Assembly: GCA_963700285.1 (NCBI GenBank)
Contig: CAVOXA010000013.1
Location: 1-31,918 of the forward strand
DNA length: 31,918 nucleotides
Origin: an uncultured Chloroflexia bacterium
GTDB taxonomy: Bacteria > Chloroflexota > Anaerolineae > JAAYZQ01
Direction: 5' to 3'
Shown here: positions 27,631 through 31,918 of the stretch, one piece after another
Position numbering within the stretch: position 1 is the first letter of the stretch
How the letters are laid out: each line of letters begins with the position of its first letter
Made by a program: the position numbers and the translations under genes
The notes under the pieces: generated by a model
Told to the model about the DNA's origin: nothing
Seen by the model: the letters and a program-made list of their open reading frames with translations, nothing else
Databases searched by the model: none

Positions 27631-30600
27631 TCAACCATTTGACAGAACGTGGTCGATACGCGCTCGCAGCTTTGCTGCCAAGGCTTGCATGTGGGTTTCT
27701 TCTATTGGGACATCCAGGCCGACAATGGTCGCATGGTTGCCCGGGAACTCGTGTACCTCTGCTGCCGGAACAGCCAGTTCGCGCCAACCCAATTGAGGAT
27801 TGCCGTGGATTCTGAGGGACTCGTCCGTGAGGAATAGGTCCAGCCGGCCTTGATAAGGCACTGGGGCGTAGTGGGTCACGGCCCAGTCATTCGCCCATAC
27901 CTTCAGCTTTAGCCGCAAGTAACCCTTCTGCTCAGCAGCGGGCATCTCCGCAATTCTACTTGCATGGCGGCCAAATCGTCGGAACAGGCGGCCCATCTCC
28001 CAGGCCCCAAGACCGAGGTAGGCGCGAAGGCTGGGAGCTTCTGGATGTGATGGCTCTACAAGGGCCAGCAGAGCTACCTGCTTACCCTGGGCCTGGAGCT
28101 GCTGGGCCATTTCATAGGCCACCACGGCGCCTGAGCATACGCCGCCCAGAAGGTATGGACCCTTCGGTCGGACCGCGCGTATCTCGTCGAGATAATGAGT
28201 GGCCAGTGCCTCGATGCGCACCGGATTTTGTGCGCTGTCTTGCAGCCCATAGAAGGGTTGATCCGGACCAAGGTGATGGGCCAAGTCGCCGAGATCGTTG
28301 AATACATTTCCCAGGTTTCCGGGCAGGAAAAACAGCGGGGGTCTGGATCCGGTGGGTTGCATGAGCACCAATGAGGACCAGGTCGCCGGGCCGGCCTCCG
28401 CGTCTACACTCAGGATTTCCGCTAGCTTCTCGACAGTGGGTGCCTGGAACAGAGCGATCAATGGGAGATCCGTGCCAAATGCCTTGTTGATGGTAGCGAT
28501 CAGGTGCACGGCCAGGAGCGAGTGTCCACCCAGCTCGAAAAAGTCGTCGTGGACGCCAACCTTTTCGACACCGAGAACCTGGACCCAGATCCCGGCCAGT
28601 ACCTTCTCTACCGGCGTACGGGGGGCGACAAGAAGCTGCTTCAGCTCCGCCTCGACCAGTCGGGAGCCGGAAGGGCACGACGATCTGCCTTGCCGCTGGA
28701 CGTCAGTGGCAAAGCTTCGAGTATCACAAAGGCCGAGGGTACCATGTACTCGGGCAGTTTCCTCCTCAAGAAGCCGCGCAGTTCCCCAGTTTCAGGGACC
28801 GGCTCCTGGTTCGGAACCACATAGGCCACCAGGCGCTTTTCGCCAGGCAGATCCTCTCTGGCCAAGACCACCGCTTCCCGCACAGTTGGATGTTGGGACA
28901 GCAGTACCTCGATCTCGCCCAGCTCAATACGGAAGCCCCGTACCTTGACCTGATGGTCGATTCGCCCCAGGAACTCGATATTGCCATCCGGCAGGTAACG
29001 GGCCAGATCCCCCGTATTGTACAGGCGTTTACCCGGCTCATCGCTGAAAGGGTTGGGAATGAACTTCTCCGCCGTCAGCCCCGGCTGGTGTAGATACCCT
29101 CGCGCCAGCCCGATTCCTCCGATGTGCAATACCCCCGGTACGCCGGCTGGCACGGGGTTCAGATGCCCGTCCAACAGGTGGATCTGCGTGTTGGCAATCG
29201 GCCGGCCTATGGGCACCACCTGTGGCTCTTCGTCGCGTCTACAAGCCCAATAGGTCACATCCACGGCTGCTTCCGTCGGGCCGTATAGATTGTGCAACTC
29301 CGCTTCGAGGTGGGCAAAGAACCTCTCTTGAAGATCAGGCGGCAGCGCTTCCCCACTGCAGATCACGCGTCTCAGGGACACACACCTCTCGACTCGGGCT
29401 TCTTCGAGAAAGACTTGCAGCATGGAGGGTACAAAGTGCAGGGTAGTGATCTGCCGCTCGGAGATCAGCTGTACCAGATAGGCGCTATCCTTATGTCCTT
29501 CCGGCCGGGCCACCACCAGGGTTGCGCCGGTCATGAGTGGCCAGAAGAACTCCCACACCGACACATCAAACGTAAAGGGTGTCTTTTGCAGCACTCGGTC
29601 ATCTGTACCTAGCTGGTAGGTCTGTTGCATCCACCCCAGCCGGTTGGCCACTGCCCGATGCCTGTTCACGACCCCCTTGGGCTTTCCCGTCGAACCCGAG
29701 GTATAGATCACATAGGCCGGATTCTCCGGCATCGCCCCCCCCGCTGGGTTCTCCTCACTCTCCCGCATGATGGCGCCCCAGTCGACATCAAAGCACACAA
29801 CTGCAGCGTCGCACACAGGCAGCTGTTCCACCAACCGCTGCTGGGTCAGTAGCGCCGGGGGCCGGATGTCATCCAGCATCAGGGCAATGCGTTCCTTGGG
29901 AAGCGTAGGGTCCAGCGGCACATAAGCCCCACCCGCCTTGAGAATGCCCAGCAGACCCACCACCATCTCCAAGGAGCGCTCAAGAAAGATGCCCACTAGC
30001 GTTTCGCACCCCACGCCCAATCTCTGCAGATGATGGGCGACTTGATTGGCGCGCCGATTCAACTCGCTGTAGCTCAACTGTTGATCCTCAAAGACGACGG
30101 CTGTGGTCTCTGGGGACTGCTCGACCTGGCGCTCAAAGAGGTGATGGACGCACAAGTCACTTGGGTAGTCCGTCTGGGTGTCGTTCCATTCCACGAGCAG
30201 TTGCTGCCGCTCAGCGTTTGTCAGCAGCGGCAGTTGTGAAACTGGCTGGTCTGGGTCTTCCAGGATCCCATCTAGCAGGGTGCTGTAGTGTCTCAGCATC
30301 CGCTTCATGGTCGCCTCTTCAAACAAGTCGGTGTTGTATTCCAGAACCCCTCTCAGCCCTTCGGCCTCCTCCATTGTGAACAGAGTGAGATCGAACTTGG
30401 AAGTACCACTGTCGACCTCAAAAGAGCTCAGGCTCAATGCGGAAAACTGAATCGCCTGAGACTGAGAAATCTGCTGGACGAACATCACTTGGAACAGCGG
30501 TGAGTAACTGAGATCCCGCCCTGGCTGCAGTTCCTCCACCAACTTCTCGAACGGGAGATCCTGGTGGGAGAATGCCTCGAGCGCAACTTGCTTCACACGA

Positions 30601-31742
30601 CTCAATGCCTCTCGGAAAGTGGGATTGCCCGTCAGGTTTGTGCGCAGTACGAGCGTGTTTACAAAAAAGCCAACCAGATCCTCCACTTCAATACGATTCC
30701 GGTTGGTGATGGGAGAGCCCACGACAACGTCTTCTTCACGGGTGTATCGAAGCAGCAAGACCTTGAACGCTGCCAACAGGGTCATGAACAGGGTTGCATC
30801 CTCTTGGCGGCTCAGCGCTTGCAGTCGCTGCGACTTGGAAGCCGGCAGCAGGAGCAACGATTCGTACGCGCCCTCATGCGTCTGCCGTGCCGGCCTGGGG
30901 TGGTCGGATGGCAAGTGGAGGGAAGGCGGAGCGCCGGCCAGCTTCTCTTTCCAGTACGAAAGCTGGGTCTCCAGTACTTTACCCTGCAGCCATTCCCGCT
31001 GCCAAACAGCATAATCTGCGTATTGGATAGGAAGCTTCTCAAGTGGGGATGGTCTGGCGTTCGCGAATGCGTCATAGAGTACCGCTACTTCTCGGAGTAC
31101 TATCCCAATCGACCATTCATCACAGACAATATGGTGCATGTTCAAGAGCAGGAGGTGCTCTGTTCTACTCATTCGTATCAGACTGGCCCTGACGACCGGG
31201 CCAGATGCCAAGTCGAAAGGCTGCTCTGCTTCCTCACGCATTAGCCGACATGCCTCGGCTTCCCGCTCGGTCTCTGGCAAAGCTTCCAGGTCCACCATTG
31301 GCAGGGCTAGGGGCATGGCTGGGGCGATGATTGGGTATGGATTTCCTTCGACAGCAGAAAAGGTCGTGCGCAAGACCTCGTGGCGTTCGATGATCGCATG
31401 GAGGCTCTGTTCCAGCACGTACGCATCAAGCGCACCGGTCACGCGAAAGGCCACGGGGACGCTGTAAAGAGGACTGTCTGGCTCATACTGATCCAGAAAC
31501 CACAAGCGCTCCTGGGAAAAGGACAGTGGTAATACTCCGTCCCGTGAGACAGGATGAATACCTAGTTCATGGACGGTGGTCGCATGCAGGAAGGCGAGGA
31601 TCTCTTTCTTGCGCCTGACGAGCTGCGTCTTTAGTTCAGGTGTCAACGTGCCTTCCGGTGCACTCACGCGTAGCTGATCACCATCCGCTGACACCTTGAT
31701 GTCCTGGGTCCGAAGGTATGACAGGAACTCTTGCAGGGTCAT
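27631..31742 (-). CDS. NRPS module: TubC-N-type docking domain-C-A(Ser-like)-PCP-TE (Cys-type TE); one apparent frameshift (~28650)
   Basis: N-terminus LRTQDIKVSADGDQLRVSAP; C domain HHIVCDEW; A domain FDVSVWE, LHFVPSML, CSGEAL, NLYGPTEAAVD; PCP LGGHSL; TE GVCSG. Adding one G in agg(g)cg restores ...WSRAELKQLLVAPRTPVE. Confidence 0.93.
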
Positions 31743-31918
31743 AGCTCAAACTCCTCACGCTTTGATTGGGTACCCGTTGCGTCGTGAGTTTGGTCCTGCA
31801 CCGCCCATTGGGCGATCTCTATCGATTCGGCCAGGCCTGCAACTGTGCGGGCCTCAAAAAGGTTACGCAGAGGAAGATCGACCTGAAAAGCAACCTTGAC
31901 GCGGGCCGCTACCTGTGC
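31739..31918 (-). CDS. 3' end of an upstream NRPS/PKS: PCP tail and C-terminal docking peptide (partial)
   Basis: Not in the ORF track. It translates as AQVAARVKVAFQVDLPLRNLFEARTVAGLAE...SKREEFEL*, with an ATGA overlap to the next gene. Confidence 0.88.
   Translation of the reverse strand, partial: AQVAARVKVAFQVDLPLRNLFEARTVAGLAESIEIAQWAVQDQTHDATGTQSKREEFEL

Noticed and set aside
28630-28660. Programmed frameshifting or deliberate splitting of the NRPS genes
   Set aside because: A single missing G restores a normal linker, no slippery site is evident, and similar indels occur elsewhere in the window. Sequencing error is more likely.
1-31918. CRISPR array, tRNA/rRNA, diversity-generating retroelement
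   Set aside because: No repeat-spacer array, RNA gene signature or reverse transcriptase was seen. The 216-bp repeat is an in-frame domain duplication.

Overview
The bulk of this window (from ~2.16 kb on) looks like a high-GC Chloroflexota genome, probably Anaerolineae-like. The evidence is Gram-positive-type LexA boxes, a C-terminal 'FLPMLL' sorting tail and a Chloroflexota-type terminase/portal. The first ~2.1 kb holds a frameshifted archaeal-style KaiC/RAD55 ATPase and a frameshifted PEP-CTERM-like protein, and may be chimeric long-read sequence. Next is a phage-head-like locus: a terminase C-terminal fragment, then an antisense three-gene nuclease cassette (Mrr, HEPN-like, PD-(D/E)XK-like), a complete ISH3-family IS, and a portal gene plus a Mu gpF-like gene. 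The portal gene sits behind a perfect sigma70 promoter with tandem LexA boxes. The middle holds a large secreted beta-propeller/B-repeat protein, an orphan promoter with a LexA-like site, a MATE-like transporter, LexA-controlled uvrB, ltaE and an MFS-amidohydrolase-GNAT operon. The right 10 kb is the 3' part of an NRPS cluster with two assembly lines. Each line ends in a paralogous thioesterase whose nucleophile is Cys (GVCSG), and one starter A domain has an in-frame internal deletion. Most frameshifts look like sequencing indels. All calls come from motif recognition by eye; no database searches were run.
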